64,000 nt of DNA from Macrostomum lignano (lineage: Eukaryota), in assembly GCA_002269645.1 (NCBI GenBank), contig NIVC01000819.1, positions 186,001 to 250,000 on the forward strand, in the 5' to 3' direction. The translations under genes and the position numbers were made by a program. Positions 26,852 to 39,884 of the stretch are shown one piece after another. The notes beneath the pieces are model-generated. The model worked only from the letters and a program-made list of their open reading frames with translations, was not told the DNA's origin and searched no databases. Within the stretch, counting starts at the first letter, position 1. Each line of letters begins with the position of its first letter.

Positions 26852-27755
26852 AGTGTGAGCTGAGCTCATTAGACACGAGAATCAGTGTGAGCTGAGCTCA
26901 TTAGACACGAGAATCAGTGTGAGCTGAGTTCATTAGACACGAAAATCAGTGTGAGCAGAGCTCATTAGACATGAGAAACAGTGTGAGCAGAGTTCATTAG
27001 ACACGAGAAACAGTGTGAGCAGAGTTCATTAGACACGAGAAACAGTGTGAGCAGAGCTCATTAGACATGAGAAACAGTGTGAGCAGAGCTCATTAGACAT
27101 GAGAAACAGTGTGAGCTGAGCTCATTAGACATGAGAAACAGTGTGAGCAGAGCTCATTAGACATGAGAAACAGTGTGAGCAGAGCTCATTAGACATGAGA
27201 AACAGTGTGAGCAGAGCTCATTAGACATGAGAAACAGTGTGAGCTGAGCTCATTAGACATGAGAAACAGTGTGAGCAGAGCTCATTAGACATGAGAAACA
27301 GTGTGAGCTGAGTTCATTAGACATGAGAAACAGTGTGAGCTGAGCTCATTAGACATGAGAAACAGTGTGAGCAGAGCTCATTAGACATGAGAAACAGTGT
27401 GAGCAGAGCTCATTAGACATGAGAAACAGTGTGAGCTGAGCTCATTAGACATGAGAAACAGTGTGAGCAGAGCTCATTAGACATGAGAAACAGTGTGAGC
27501 AGAGCTCATTAGACATGAGAAACAGTGTGAGCAGAGCTCATTAGACACGAGAATCAGTGTGAGCTGAGTTCATTAGACACGAGAATCAGTGTGAGCTGAG
27601 TTCATTAGACACGAGAATCAGTGTGAGCTGAGTTCATTAGACACGAGAATCAGTGTGAGCAGAGTTCATTAGACACGAGAATCAGTGTGAGCTGAGTTCA
27701 TTGGACACGAGAATTAAGTGTGAGCTGAGTTCATTAGACACGAGAATTAAGTGTG
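26852..27755. repeat. ~32-bp minisatellite (CATTAGACACGAGAATCAGTGTGAGCTGAGCT)n upstream of ferritin copy 1
   Basis: Direct reading; short sister array at 45443-45630. Confidence 0.95.
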
Positions 27756-28145
27756 AGCAGAGTGAAATCTGACCTGTCCACCGCAGAGCAAAGTTCCCTT
27801 AAAGTGCAAGGCGATTTGAATAACACGCACTGAGCCCAGCTGGCACGCAGAGCAGTGTCAATGACGCAAAGCCGTTGCCAGGTGAGTTGCAGGGTCGGAG
27901 AGAGTCGTGAGCAGCGAGAGGCGTCTGCGAAAGTTGTCAGCAAAATGCAGAGTTCAACCAGAGGCCACGGCGATAACAAGTTTCCTGTGCTGGCATTTCT
28001 TGACCTACTGATAAGACGGTCTCTGACTTTCAATATGAATTGGCAGTCACTTCGGAATTTCTTTAGTTTAAATAATTTAAAGGACTCTCAATTCTTACCA
28101 AGCCAAGTTGACTTACTCTTTGACACAAAACCAACACAAGCGACA

Positions 28146-31134
28146 ATGGCCCGGTTATCTCTGCTCTCAGCGATTCTGCTGCACCTGGTTGTTGTCTCCA
28201 TGCAGCAGGGTGACGATGAGGCTCTCGGTGAGTTGCCATTGTCCGGCCTTCGGTGCTACTTGTGATCTGGGCTATCGCCACCTTCACATTATTTTATGAT
28301 TCGAAGGCCGATTTTGATAATTAGTGAGATAAGTTATTGCATGAAGCTAAAATGAAATCTCAATTTTAGCCTCTAGTAAAGTTTTTACTCAGATCGATTG
28401 ACTCGTGAAAATCCCTTTTATAAAGCGCATAACTCTCAGATGAGTATTGAGAAGCCGAGCAGAGGCCATAGAGACACTGAGAAGCCAAGCAGTGGCCAGA
28501 GAGACAGTGAGAAGCCGAGCAGTGGCCAGAGAGACAGTGAGAAGCCAAGCATGTGGCCAGAGAGACAGTGAGAAGCCGAGCAGTGGCCAGAGAGACAGTG
28601 AGAAGCCAAGCATGTGGCCAGAGAGACAGTGAGAAGCCGAGCAGTGGCCAGAGAGACAATGAGAAGCCGAGCAGTGGCCAGAGAGACAATGAGAAGCCGA
28701 GCAGTGGCCAGAGATACACTGAGAAGCCAAGCAGTGGCCAGAGAGACAATGAGAAGCCGAGCAGAGGCCAGATAGACACTGAGAAGCCAAGCAGTGGCCA
28801 GAGAGACACTGAGAAGCCGAGCAGTGGCCAGAGAGACAATGAGAAGCCGAGCAGAGGCCAGAGAGACACTGAGAAGCCGAGCAGTGGCCAGAGAGACAGT
28901 GAGAAGCCGAGCAGTGGCCAGAGAGACAGTGAGAAGCCAAGCAGAGGCCATAGAGACAGTGAGAAGCCGAGCAGTGGCCAGAGAGACAGTGAGAAGCCGA
29001 GCAGTGGCCAGAGAGACAGTGAGAAGCCATATCTTCACCACTGGAGCAGAAACTTCTACACAAGATTTTAAGCTACTCAGCAAGTAGTATAAACCATGCA
29101 TAGCCGTTGCTGAACCCCCGCAATCCGCAGAAATTCGACAGCGATTCAACAGCACCTCGGTGTCGATGATCAACGACCAGATCCAAAGAGAGTTCAACGC
29201 CATGTACCTCTACGAGACAATGGTAAGTCTTTCCTGATCCCACGCATTGCCAAGGTCGCCACCCAACCAACTTAATTATGTTAAACCCTACGGAGCGTCA
29301 TACTCTGGGGGTACCTTGAGCTCACGCCCACTTCGCTCGTATTCAAAGTTCATGGTAATTTTTATATTGTTAATTTTATTAAAAACTCCACCACCGTGTG
29401 GATCTCGATCAGTTGAACCCCAGGGTTTTGACGCCGGTTTCTTTCGATCCAAATCCCTGGCTCAAATTCTAAAAACCGAGTTTGCCGACCGCCACGCCCG
29501 CAGGCCAGCTACTTCGGCAGGCCCAGCGTCGGTCTTCCCGGCTTCAAGAAATTCTTCAAGAAAGCCGCCGACGAGGAGCGCGAGCATGCACACAAACTGA
29601 TCGACTACCTCAACATGCGGGGCGGCCACGTCAGGCTGAAGCCAATTACCGTGAGTGCCTGGTCACCCGGTCACCTAACATCTGGTCAACTAACACCTGA
29701 TCACCTAACATCTGATCACCAACACTTGGCCACCTAACACTTGGTCACCTGATCCCCTGGTCACCTGATCCCTGATCACCTGATCCCTAGTCACCTGATC
29801 CTTGGTCACCTGATCCCCTGGTCACCTGATCCCTGATCACCTGATCCCTAGTCACCTGATTCCCTGGTCACCTGATCCCTGGTCACCTGATCCCTAGTCA
29901 CCTGATCCCTGGTCACCTGATCCCGGGTCACCTGATTCCCTGGTCACCTGATCCCTGGTCACCTGATCCCTAGTCACCTGATCCCTGGTCACCTGATCCC
30001 CGGGTCACCTGATTCCCTGGTCACCTGATCCCTGGTCACCTGATCCCTGGTCACCTGATCCCTGGTCACCTGATCCCCTGGTCACCTGATTCATGGTCAC
30101 CTGATCCCTGCTCACCTGATCCCTGTTCACCTGATCCCCGGGTCACCTGATTCACTGGTCACCTGATCCCTGGTCACCTGATCCCTGGTCACCTGATCCC
30201 TGGTCACCTGATCCCCTGGTCACCTGATCCCTGGTCACCTGATCCTCTGATCCCAGTTCCCGGTCATTATAACAATTTTATATTTATTTTTCAGACTACA
30301 GATTAAGCTTCAATGTAGCCCCACAAACTCATCTTTGTTGCAGCCTCCCAGCAAGTTCGAGTGGTTCTCCGCCCTTGACGCAGCCGAGACGGCTCTTGGC
30401 GCCGAGAAGAACATCACGCTGGAGTTGTACAGACTGCGAGATCGGGCTGACATGGAGAGCGACCCGCATGTGAGTCCTGCTGTAGATGGCTGCTCTGATT
30501 ACTCTCTTAGTTGCTAAATTAGCTTACGAAAATATGAGCGCCATTCCCTGAAAATACTGGCGCCATTCTTTGTGAAATATCAGGTGCAATTCACTGTCAA
30601 AGCAATTAATTCACTCTCGTATTTTGAGGGCCTTTTCGTCTTCACGCATTGTTCTAATGGCTCATCCATCGAACCCAAACGGTGTCGAAACGGTGACTGA
30701 CTGACAGCAGGTCACCTGATCCCCTGGTCACCTGATCCGCCTACACTCTGACGCACGTCATTGATTGGCTGGTTGGGTCAGCTGTCAGTTGCCCCAGCTG
30801 ACTCACCCTCAACCTCCGCCCCGACGTTCCAACCAAAAGCCAGCCAATCAGCAACTTGCAGAACTGTTTAGCAGACTATTATTCTATCATATTATTTTAT
30901 TTTCTGCAAAAACTCACCTTTAGCTTAATAGCAAATAACTGTGCGCGTGGTATTCCTCATGGTATTCCTCAAATTGCTACTCAATTCTTGAACTTTCAGC
31001 TGGTGGACTTCATCGAGTCCGAGTTCCTGACCGAGCAGGTGACGGGCATCCGGGATCTGCGGGAACTCATCGCCCGCCTCAACAAGGCTGGCAGCGGCCT
31101 TGGCGAGCTCATTTTGGACAAGGAGCTCAACTAG
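28146..31134 (+). CDS. Secreted ferritin copy 1, ferroxidase site intact; exons 28146-28227, 29131-29222, 29504-29650, 30344-30469, 31000-31134
   Basis: Signal peptide MARLSLLSAILLHLVVVS; QIQREFNAMYLY, ADEEREHAHKL, RGG, ALGAEKNI, FLTEQV, GLGELILDKEL. Equivalents of human H-chain E27, Y34, E61, E62, H65, E107, Q141 present. Exon 2 acceptor is my best choice (alternative at 29104). Confidence 0.9.
28445..29030. repeat. 30-bp minisatellite in ferritin-1 intron 1 (GAGAAGCCGAGCAGTGGCCAGAGAGACAGT)n
   Basis: Direct reading. Confidence 0.93.
29660..30250. repeat. ~15-bp minisatellite in ferritin-1 intron 3 (GGTCACCTGATCCCT)n
   Basis: Direct reading. Confidence 0.92.
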
Positions 31135-31714
31135 AGACTGTGGAGGAGAGGACTGACGCAAAGTCTCATAGGTGTAGCTGATTAGCCTGAATTCAGGACC
31201 AGCATAATGACGCTCAAGGTTTCAGATTAAATATCGACGTGACTCCATTTTCTGATATCGGCGCTTTAACTACGAGCGCATTATCCGAATTCCTTTTAAC
31301 TATCAATGATTTGAACAAAATAATCTGCGGTGAGTCACTCCAGCATAGTTGTATTAGAGGATCGACTTTACTACAATGGAGAAAGCATATTTTCATTTAT
31401 TCACCAACTAGTAACGAATAAACATCTGATTTTACTTCGATGCATCGCTCGAACATTTTCCGGCTTTGAAAAAAAACTTGCATTCAAACTTGCATTCAAA
31501 CTTGCATTCAAACTTGCATTCAGTAGAAGTTGTGCTTTACCCTTAACTGGAAATTAAACTTCGATGAAAAAATTTGGGAGTTGAACTGACTAGATTTTAG
31601 AATCACGTGACTTTTTGCTTTAACAACCTCAGATATAACAAAACGAGTAGTATACTATTAGAAACATATCACAGAAAACAGCAACGCAACCGTAGAAAAA
31701 CAGCATCGTCACAA

Positions 31715-31930
31715 GTAGAGACAAAACAGCATGACAGCATAGAAAACAGCATGACAGCATAGAAAACAGCATGACAGCATAGAAAACAGCATGACAGCAT
31801 AGAAAACAGCATGACAGTATAGAAAACAGCATGACAGCATAGAAAACAGCATGACAGCATAGAAAACAGCATGACAGTATAGAAAACAGCATGACAGCAT
31901 AGAAAACAGCATGACAGCATAGAAAACAAG
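31715..31930. repeat. 20-bp minisatellite (ATAGAAAACAGCATGACAGC)n
   Basis: Direct reading. Confidence 0.92.
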
Positions 31931-33895
31931 TTGCAGCAAGAGATAGGAGGCCAGCTTGAAAAACTACTTCTGCGTTCTTCTACTTGTCTTGTAGGGCTCA
32001 CAACTCAATCCTGTCCACTCCTCCCATGCTTTGGTTGTAGTCTAGAGCTGTTTGAGATTTCAGCAGGTGCTGCTCCTGACCGCCTGGCTGAACCCTTGTA
32101 ACTTGCACACTGTGCCAGCACTGTCTAGCATGTACACGGTCTTTAACCCAGAGGCTCGCCGATTCACAATCTTCACAGCTAGCAGCTCCCCACGCCTAGA
32201 AAATGCGTTGGATGGTGGGTGCAACACCTGCTGCTTCAGAGCCGCGTTGTGCTCGCACTGTGCCTGTCAACAGAGTGTCTCTCTGGAGCAACCAGTCAGT
32301 GAGCCGTGCCGAGCAAAACCAGCTGTCACAAAAGATCCTGTATCTGAGGTTGAAGATATCCCGAGACAGTTCTACGATGATGCGTTCCGACAGCGACAGC
32401 TGCTGCGCATCCTGGTCCAACAGGTTGTTTTGGGCTACAGTGGAGTGGATCAGAAAGTTCCAACAGGTTGTTTTGGGCCGCAGTGGAGTGGATCAGAAAG
32501 TTCCAACAGGTTGTTTTGGGCTACAGTGGAGTGGATCAGAAAGTTCCAACAGGTTGTTTTGGGCTACAGTGGAGTGGATCAGAAAGTTCCAACAGGTTGT
32601 TTTGAGCCGCAGTGGAGTGGATCAGAAAGTTCCAACAGGTTGTTTTGGGCTAGAGTGGAGTAGATCAGAAAGTTCCAACAGGTTGTTTTGAGCCGCAGTG
32701 GAGTGGATCAGAAAGTTCCAACAGGTTGTTTTGGGCTACAGTGGAGTGGATCAGAAAGTTCCAACAGGTTGTTTTGGGCTACAGTGGAGTGGATCAGAAA
32801 GTTCCAACAGGTTGTTTTGGGCTACAGTCGAGTGGATCAGAAAGTTCTAACAGGTTGTTTTGGGCCGCAGTGGAGTGGATCAGAAAGTTCCAACAGGTTG
32901 TTTTGGGCTACAGTGGAGTGGATCAGAAAGTTCCAACAGGTTGTTTTGGGCTACAGTGGAGTGGATCAGAAAGTTCCAGCTGGTTGTTTTGGGCTACAGT
33001 GGAGTGGATCAGAAAGTTCCAACAGGTTGTTTTGGGCCGCAGTGGAGTGGATCAGAAAGTTCCAACAGGTTGTTTTGGGCTGCAGTGGAGTGGATCAGAA
33101 AGTTCCAACAGGTTGTTTTGGGCTGCAGTGGAGTGGATCAGAAAGTTCCAGCAGGTTGTTTTGGGCTGCAGTGGAGTGGATCAGAAAGTTCCAACCGGTT
33201 GTTTTGGGCCGCAGTGGAGTGGATCAGAAAGTTCCACAAATAGCCTCTGTTCAATTCGGCTGGACAGTACAGCTTGCCGAGCTTTGCCATTTTGTTGGGC
33301 ATGTACTGAAGAAAGTGGAGCCTACCTTTGTAAAGTACCAATGACTTGTCAACAGTAATATTTTGAAGTGGCATGTACTTATTTTGACAGATGGACTGGA
33401 CTTTGTTTAAAAAGGGTCGATCTTGCACAGTGGACCAGCTTCTTTAACCTCCGTGCAATCGTAGCAGCGAAACCAGGTCATGGTGAGATGACTCATGGCG
33501 GAAGAAGTCCTGATGATGCATAAGATCGGTTGACCAATACATGCTAATATCTGGCTTCTGTACTACTCCCATGTGCAGCGGAATCCCGATAAACTGCATT
33601 TCATTCAAGCTGCATGCTGGCTTCCAATTTAGGAGCTTCCATGGCAGCTCTCCGTTTTCTTGTTGACTTTGCGTAACAGCCCTGTCTGCTCTGGCGGTTG
33701 TCCAGGCGCACAAACTTTGCAGAAGACTGTCGGGAAGAAACTGACCAAGGATGGCAGCCATGCAATTTTCAATGTTGTCCGGCACAAGAAAATCCGGATG
33801 CAGACCAGGCACAGACCAATAAGTATAACTAGACTGCGCATGTGGGGCAAGAAATGTGTGCCTCTTTCCAAGTAGGATAAATGGGGTCGCCATCA
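31925..33895 (-). mobile_element. Degenerate piggyBac (PGBD-type) transposase remnant
   Basis: Fragments in order: LLQSLCAWTTARA...YWSTD; PFLNKVQSICQNKYMP..ITVDKSLVLYKGR..QYMPNK..K.G..Y.....GYLWNF; IFCDSWF...TGTVR; LLAVK; DYNQSMGGVDRI. Several stops and frameshifts; TIRs not found. Confidence 0.85.
32418..33240. repeat. 43-bp minisatellite (CAACAGGTTGTTTTGGGCTACAGTGGAGTGGATCAGAAAGTTC)n, ~19 copies, inside the piggyBac ORF
   Basis: Direct reading. Confidence 0.95.
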
Positions 33896-34669
33896 TAAAC
33901 CCGAGATATCACAAACCCGAAATATCACAAACCCGAAATATCATAAACCCGAAATATCATAAACCCGAAATATCATAAACCCGAAATATCATAAACTCGA
34001 AATATCACAAACCCGAAATATCACAAACCCGAAATATCACAAACCCGAAATATCACAAACCCGAAATATCGCAAACCCGAAATATCACAAACCCGAAATA
34101 TCACAAACCCGAAATATCACAAACCCGAAATATCACAAACCCGAAATATCACAAACCCGAAATATCACAAACCCGAAATATCACAAACCCGAAATATCAC
34201 AAACCCGAAATATCACAAACCCGAAATATCACAAACCCGAAATATCACAAACCCGAAATATCACAAACCCGAAATATCACAAACCCGAAATATCACAAAC
34301 CCGAAATATCACAAACCCGAAATATCACAAACCCGAAATATCACAAACACGAAATATCACAAACCCGAAATATCACAAACCCGAAATATCACAAACCCGA
34401 AATATCACAAACCCGAAATATCAAAAACCCGAAATATCACAAACCCGAAATATCACAAACCCGAAATATCACAAACCCGAAGTATCACAAACCCGAAATA
34501 TCACAAACCCGAAATATCACAAACCCGAAATATCACAAACCCGAAATATCACAAACCCGAAATATCATAAACCCGAAATATCACAAACCCGAAATATCAT
34601 AAACCCGAAATATCACAAACCTGAAATATCACAAACCCGAAATATCACAAACCCGAAATATCACAAACC
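33893..34669. repeat. 16-bp satellite (CACAAACCCGAAATAT)n, left part
   Basis: Resumes at 38979 after the LTR element. Confidence 0.97.
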
Positions 34670-37600
34670 TGTGGCGGACAAGTGCAAGCACACCTGAAGA
34701 CGGCCGTTTAGATGCCCTCGCGCTCCCTGCTCATCACGCCGCGTCTATGCGCCACCAACCCCGGAGATTAGGGGTGGGGGTTCGCCCACCCAGCCTGAGC
34801 TACGTGGGGGTTGGGGTTGACTGACTAACTAGCGCGTTGGCCTATTTAACCTGATTGTGCGCAGACGCTTGTAAGAACCTTTTGCTCTCCGCAAATACAA
34901 TTTCAAGTCTGCACGCAGTAGCTACTGCCCGCTTCATTGGTGAGCCCGACAACCCGCCATTTCGTCTAACACATGGCGCCACCCACTGAGTCAACTGTTG
35001 CACTCAAGCTGCCCACGTTTTGGGCCATGCAGCCACGCGCGTGGTTCATCCAGGCAGAGGCCCAGTTCCAGCTGCGCGGCATCACCCAGGACGACACCAA
35101 GTATCACCACTTGGTCGCCTCGCTTGATCAACAAACCGCCGAGCGCCTGCTGGACGTTCTGGAAAGCCCTCCGAGCGAGGACAAATACGGCAAACTGAAA
35201 GGGCGCCTGCTCGGCACTTTCAGTCTCACCCGGCAGCAGCGAGCTAGCCGTTTGCTCAGCATGTCCGGCCTGGGAGATCGCCGGCCGTCCGAGATGATGG
35301 ACGAGATGCTGGCCCTGCTTGGTGATCATCGATCAGCTGCCCGTGGACATCCGGATGGTGCTCGCATCCGCCGACTTCGAAGACCCCCGGGCAGTCGCGC
35401 AGCTCGCCGACCAGCTCTGGGTCAGCCGGCCCCAGCCAGTGGCCGCTTCCGCCCAGTTGGCAGGTCCGCCGGAGGTTTGCGCTGCGCGTCAGGCTGCGCG
35501 TCTCCGCACCACGTCGCCCCGGCCTGGGCACCGCGGCACCCGCGCCCAGGAGCTGTGCTACTTCCACCGCAAGTTCGGCGCGAAGGCTAGGCAATGCGAG
35601 CAGCCCTGCAGCTTTCCGGGAAACGGGCCGGCCGGCCGCCAGTGACCATCGCGGCGGCCGGCAACCTGCTGCTCATCCGGCCGGCGGTTCCTGGTGGACA
35701 CAGGCGCCGAGGTAAGCATTTTCCCAGCCTCTGCAGATGATGCCCGCGCCCGTTCACCTGGCCCGCCGCTGTTCGCCGCGAACGGCACCCGCATCCGAAC
35801 CTTCGGCGGCCGCAGCATCACACTGGACGTCGGCCTGAAGACCTGCACCTGGCCATTCGTGTTGGCCGAGGTCTCCCGGCCGTTGATCGGCGCCGACTTC
35901 CTGCGCCACCACGGCCTGCTGGTGGACCTGCCCAACCGCCGCCTTCTGGACGCCGCCTCCCTGGCCAGTGTGCAATTGCTGGCTGGCTCCGGTTCTGCGC
36001 CTCAGCTCGCCGCCGCGGTTGCCAGGGACCCGTACAGCCGGCTGCTGGCGGAGTTCCCCAGCATCACGGAGCCCAGCTTCAGCAAAGCCACGCCGCGGCA
36101 CGGCGTGGAGCACTACATACCGACGACGGGCCCGCCGATGCATGCTAGAGCGCGCCGCCTGCCGCCCGACAAGCTGGCCGCGGCCAAGGAAGAGTTTCGC
36201 AACCTGGAGCAGCTCGGCATTGTGCGGCGGTCCAGCAGCCCCTGGTCCTCGCCGCTGCACATGGTGCCCAAGACTTCCGGCGGTTGGCGGCCCTGCGGCG
36301 ATTTCCGGCGGCTCAATGACGCCACGGTGCCCGACCGCTACCCCGTGCCGCATATCCAGGATTGCTCAGCGCGCCTGAGCGGCTGCACAGTGTTCTCGAA
36401 GATCGACCTGGTGCGGGGCTACCACCAGATCCCGGTCGCGCAAACGGACATCCCGAAGACCGCCGTCATTACACCGTTTGGGTTGTTTGAGTTCCTCCGC
36501 ATGCCGTTCGGGTTGAAAAATGCGGCACAGGCCTTCCAGCGGTTAGTAGATTCGATATGCCAGGACCTGCCGGCCGTCTTCGCGTACATCGACGATTTCC
36601 TGGTCGCCAGCAGCAGCCCCGAGCAGCACGAGGAGCACCTGCGGAAGCTGTTCCAGCGCCTCGCTGACAACGGCCTGTTGCTCAACCCAGCCAAGTGCCA
36701 GTTTGGCCGCAGCGAGATCGATTTCCTCGGCCACAGGATCAGCGCTGCGGGCGCCATGCCGCTGCCGGACAAGGTCGACGCAGTCGCCAGGTTCGCGCCG
36801 CCCACGACGGTGAAGGGTCTCCAGGAGTTTGCCGGGATGGTGAACTTCTATCACCGCTTCGTGCCCCGCGCAGCCCGTTTGCTGCGCCCGATCTACCAGG
36901 CCATGGCCGGCAAGGAGAAGCTGGTGCGGTGGACGCCGGAGCTGACCGAGGCCTTCGACAAGACCAAGCAGGCGCTGGCCGACGCGATCATGCTGGCGCA
37001 CCCCAGGCCCGACGCGCCGCTGGCCCTCACCGTAGATGCTTCTGACACCGCCGTGGGCGCCGTCCTCGAGCAGCGTGTCGGCCCCGCCTGGCAGCCGCTC
37101 GCATTCTTCAGCCGGCAGTTGCGACCTGCGGAGGTAAAGTACAGTGCCTTCGACCGCGAGCTCCTGGCACTGTACCTAGCGGTCCGCCACTTCCGTTACC
37201 TCCTTCAGGGGCGCCACTTCACAGCCTACACGGACCACAAGCCGTTGGCCGCCGCCATGGCCAAGCTGTCCGACCCGTGGTCCGCTCGGCGGCAGCGGCA
37301 CCTGGCGTACGTGAGCGAATTCACCACGGACGTCCAGCACATCGCCGGCAAAAACAATCCGGTGGCCGACGCGCTGTCCCGCTGCACCGTGGCCAGCGTG
37401 CTACCCGGCATCGATTTTGCCGCGATGTCGCAGGCCCAACATGCCCCGACCGAGTTGCCGCCGCCCGGCTCCGGCCTCCGACTAGAGCGCGTGACCCTCC
37501 GCCCAGGCCTGGAGCTGCTCTGCGACGTCTCCACCGGCCACCCCCGCCCGCTGGTGCCGCCCGAATTCCGACGGCCGGTGTTCGACGCCATCCACGGCCT

Positions 37601-38978
37601 CGCGCACCCATCAATCCGCAGCTCCCGCCGCCTCGTTGCAGACCGTTTCGTCTGGCCCGGCCTCAACCGCAACGTCGGCCGTTGGGCTCGCAGCTGCCTC
37701 GCCTGCCAGACGACTAAGGTCCAGCAGCATGTTGTCAGCCCGCCAGACAGCATCCCGGTGCCCCGCGACCGCTTCGCGCACGTGCACATCGACCTGGTGG
37801 GCCCGCTTCCGCACTCTCAAGGGTGCTCGCACCTGCTGACCGTTGTCGACCGGTTCACGTGTTGGCCGGAAGCAATTCCGCTGGCAGACACGTCCGCCGC
37901 TACCTGTGCGGCCGCATTCGCGCACTGGATTGCCCGTTTCGGTGTGCCAAGCGACCTCACGTCAGACCGCGGCCCGCAGTTCACCTCGGAGCTGTGGTCC
38001 AACGTGTCCCGCTTGCTTGGCACGCAGCTGCACCAGACGACGGCCTTCCACCCACAGGCCAACGGGCTTGTGGAGCGGTTCCACCGGCAGCTCAAGGCTT
38101 CCCTGATGGCGCGGCTGACGGGGCCGTCCTGGACTGCCGAGCTGCCCTGGGTGTTGCTCGGCATCCGCACCGCTCCCAAGGAGGATCTCGGCACGTCATC
38201 GGCGGAGTTGGTGTACGGAGTCCCACTGGCGGTGCCGGGCGAGTGTCTGCAGGCCAGCTCGCCTACGGGCCATGACGGGTTCCTCACGCGCCTGCGCCAG
38301 GCCGTGCAGGCTTTCCGCCCGCCACCGACCTCCCAGCATGGCCGCCGCCCCACCGCCCTGCCTGCTGTCTTGGACACCTGCACGCACGTCTTCGTCCGCC
38401 GCGACGGGCACCGACCGGCGCTGCAACCGCCTTATCTAGGTCCCTTCAAGGTGCTGGAGCGCGGCGCTAAGGCTTTCCTCCTCGACCTCGTCACTAGGCG
38501 GGACTTCGTGTCGGTGGACCGGCTCAAGCCAGCGGCGCTTGACCCTGCCAGCCCGGTTTCGACGCCTCAAATTCGGCCAAGGGGGCGGCCGCGCGAGCCC
38601 ACCGTCCCGGGCGCCGCGACGGCCGAACCGCTGCGCCGCCGCCCGCCGCGGCGCCGCCAGCCACACCGCCGTTGCCGTCGAGTACCGGAGGCCACCGCTG
38701 GGGGGGAGCCGTGTGGCGGACAAGTGCAAGCACACCTGAAGACGGCCGTTTAGATGCCCTCGCGCTCCCTGCTCATCACGCCGCGTCTATGCGCCACCAA
38801 CCCCCGAGATTAGGGGTGGTGGTTCGCCCACCCAGCCTGAACTACGTGGGGGTTGGGGTTGACTGACTAACTAGCGCGTTGGCCTATTTAACCTGATTGT
38901 GCGCAGACGCTTGTAAGAACCTTTTGCTCTCCGCAAATACAATTTCAAGTCTGCACGCAGTAGCTACTGCCCGCTTCA
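34670..38978 (+). mobile_element. Ty3/Gypsy LTR retrotransposon, CsRn1-like (CHCC gag); LTRs 34670-34936 and 38712-38978
   Basis: 267-bp TG...CA LTRs with 3 substitutions; PBS-like TGGTGAGCCCG; PPT GGGGGGAGCCG; TSD AACC; gag KLPTFW...CYFHRKFGAKARQCEQPC; pol VDTGA, YIDD, DAS, H..AHP...C..CQ, HIDLVG, TSDRG, VERFH (ORF 35694-38753). Confidence 0.95.
35618..35662 (+). promoter_or_regulatory. -1 ribosomal frameshift signal (G GGA AAC plus GC hairpin)
   Basis: Heptamer in gag frame at 35618-35624, 6-nt spacer, stem GCCGGCCGCC (35631-40) / GGCGGCCGGC (35653-62); the -1 frame reads [12 protein letters not shown] before the protease. Confidence 0.75.
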
Positions 38979-39787
38979 AACCCGAAATATCATAAACCCG
39001 AAATATCACAAACCCGAAATATCACAAACCCGAAATATCACAAACCCGAAATATCGCAAACCCGAAATATCACAAACCCGAAATATCACAAACCCGAAAT
39101 ATCACAAACCCGAAATATCACAAACCCGAAATATCACAAACCCGAAATATCACAAACCCGAAATATCACAAACCCGAAATATCACAAACCCGAAATATCA
39201 CAAACCCGAAATATCACAAACCCGAAATATCACAAACACGAAATATCACAAACCCGAAATATCACAAACCCGAAATATCACAAACCCGAAATATCACAAA
39301 CCCGAAATATCACAAACACGAAATATCACAAACCCGAAATATCACAAACCCGAAATATCACAAACCCGAAATATCACAAACCCGAAATATCACAAACCCG
39401 AAGTATCACAAACCCGAAATATCACAAACCCGAAATATCACAAACCCGAAATATCACAAACCCGAAATATCACAAACCCGAAATATCACAAACCCGAAGT
39501 ATCACAAACCCGAAATATCACAAACCCGAAATATCACAAACCCGAAATATCACAAACCCGAAATATCACAAACCCGAAATATCACAAACCCGAAATATCA
39601 CAAACCCGAAATATCACAAACCCGAAATATCACAAACCCGAAATATCACAAACCCGAAATATCACAAACCCGAAATATCACAAACCCGAAATATCATAAA
39701 CCCGAAATATCATAAACCCGAAATATCACAAACCCGAAATATCACAAACCCGAAATATCACAAACCCGAAATATCACAAACCCGAAA
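38979..39787. repeat. 16-bp satellite (CACAAACCCGAAATAT)n, right part
   Basis: Direct reading. Confidence 0.97.
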
Positions 39788-39884
39788 TATCATAAACCCG
39801 AAATATCAGGTTGTTTTGGGCCGCCTCAGGTGGATTTACACTGCCATTGTTAGACCGGCCATCTCCTTTGCCGGCTACATTTGG

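Noticed and set aside
26852-27755. CRISPR-like array or iron-responsive element (CAGTGT) upstream of ferritin
   Set aside because: No unique spacers and no cas genes; CAGTGT is not flanked by the 5-bp stem and bulged C of an IRE.
35643-35645. gag-pol stop-codon readthrough
   Set aside because: Better explained by the upstream -1 slippery site plus a later small deletion.
33893-39787. Telomeric repeat
   Set aside because: 16-bp unit is not TTAGGG-like and appears derived from local transposon sequence.
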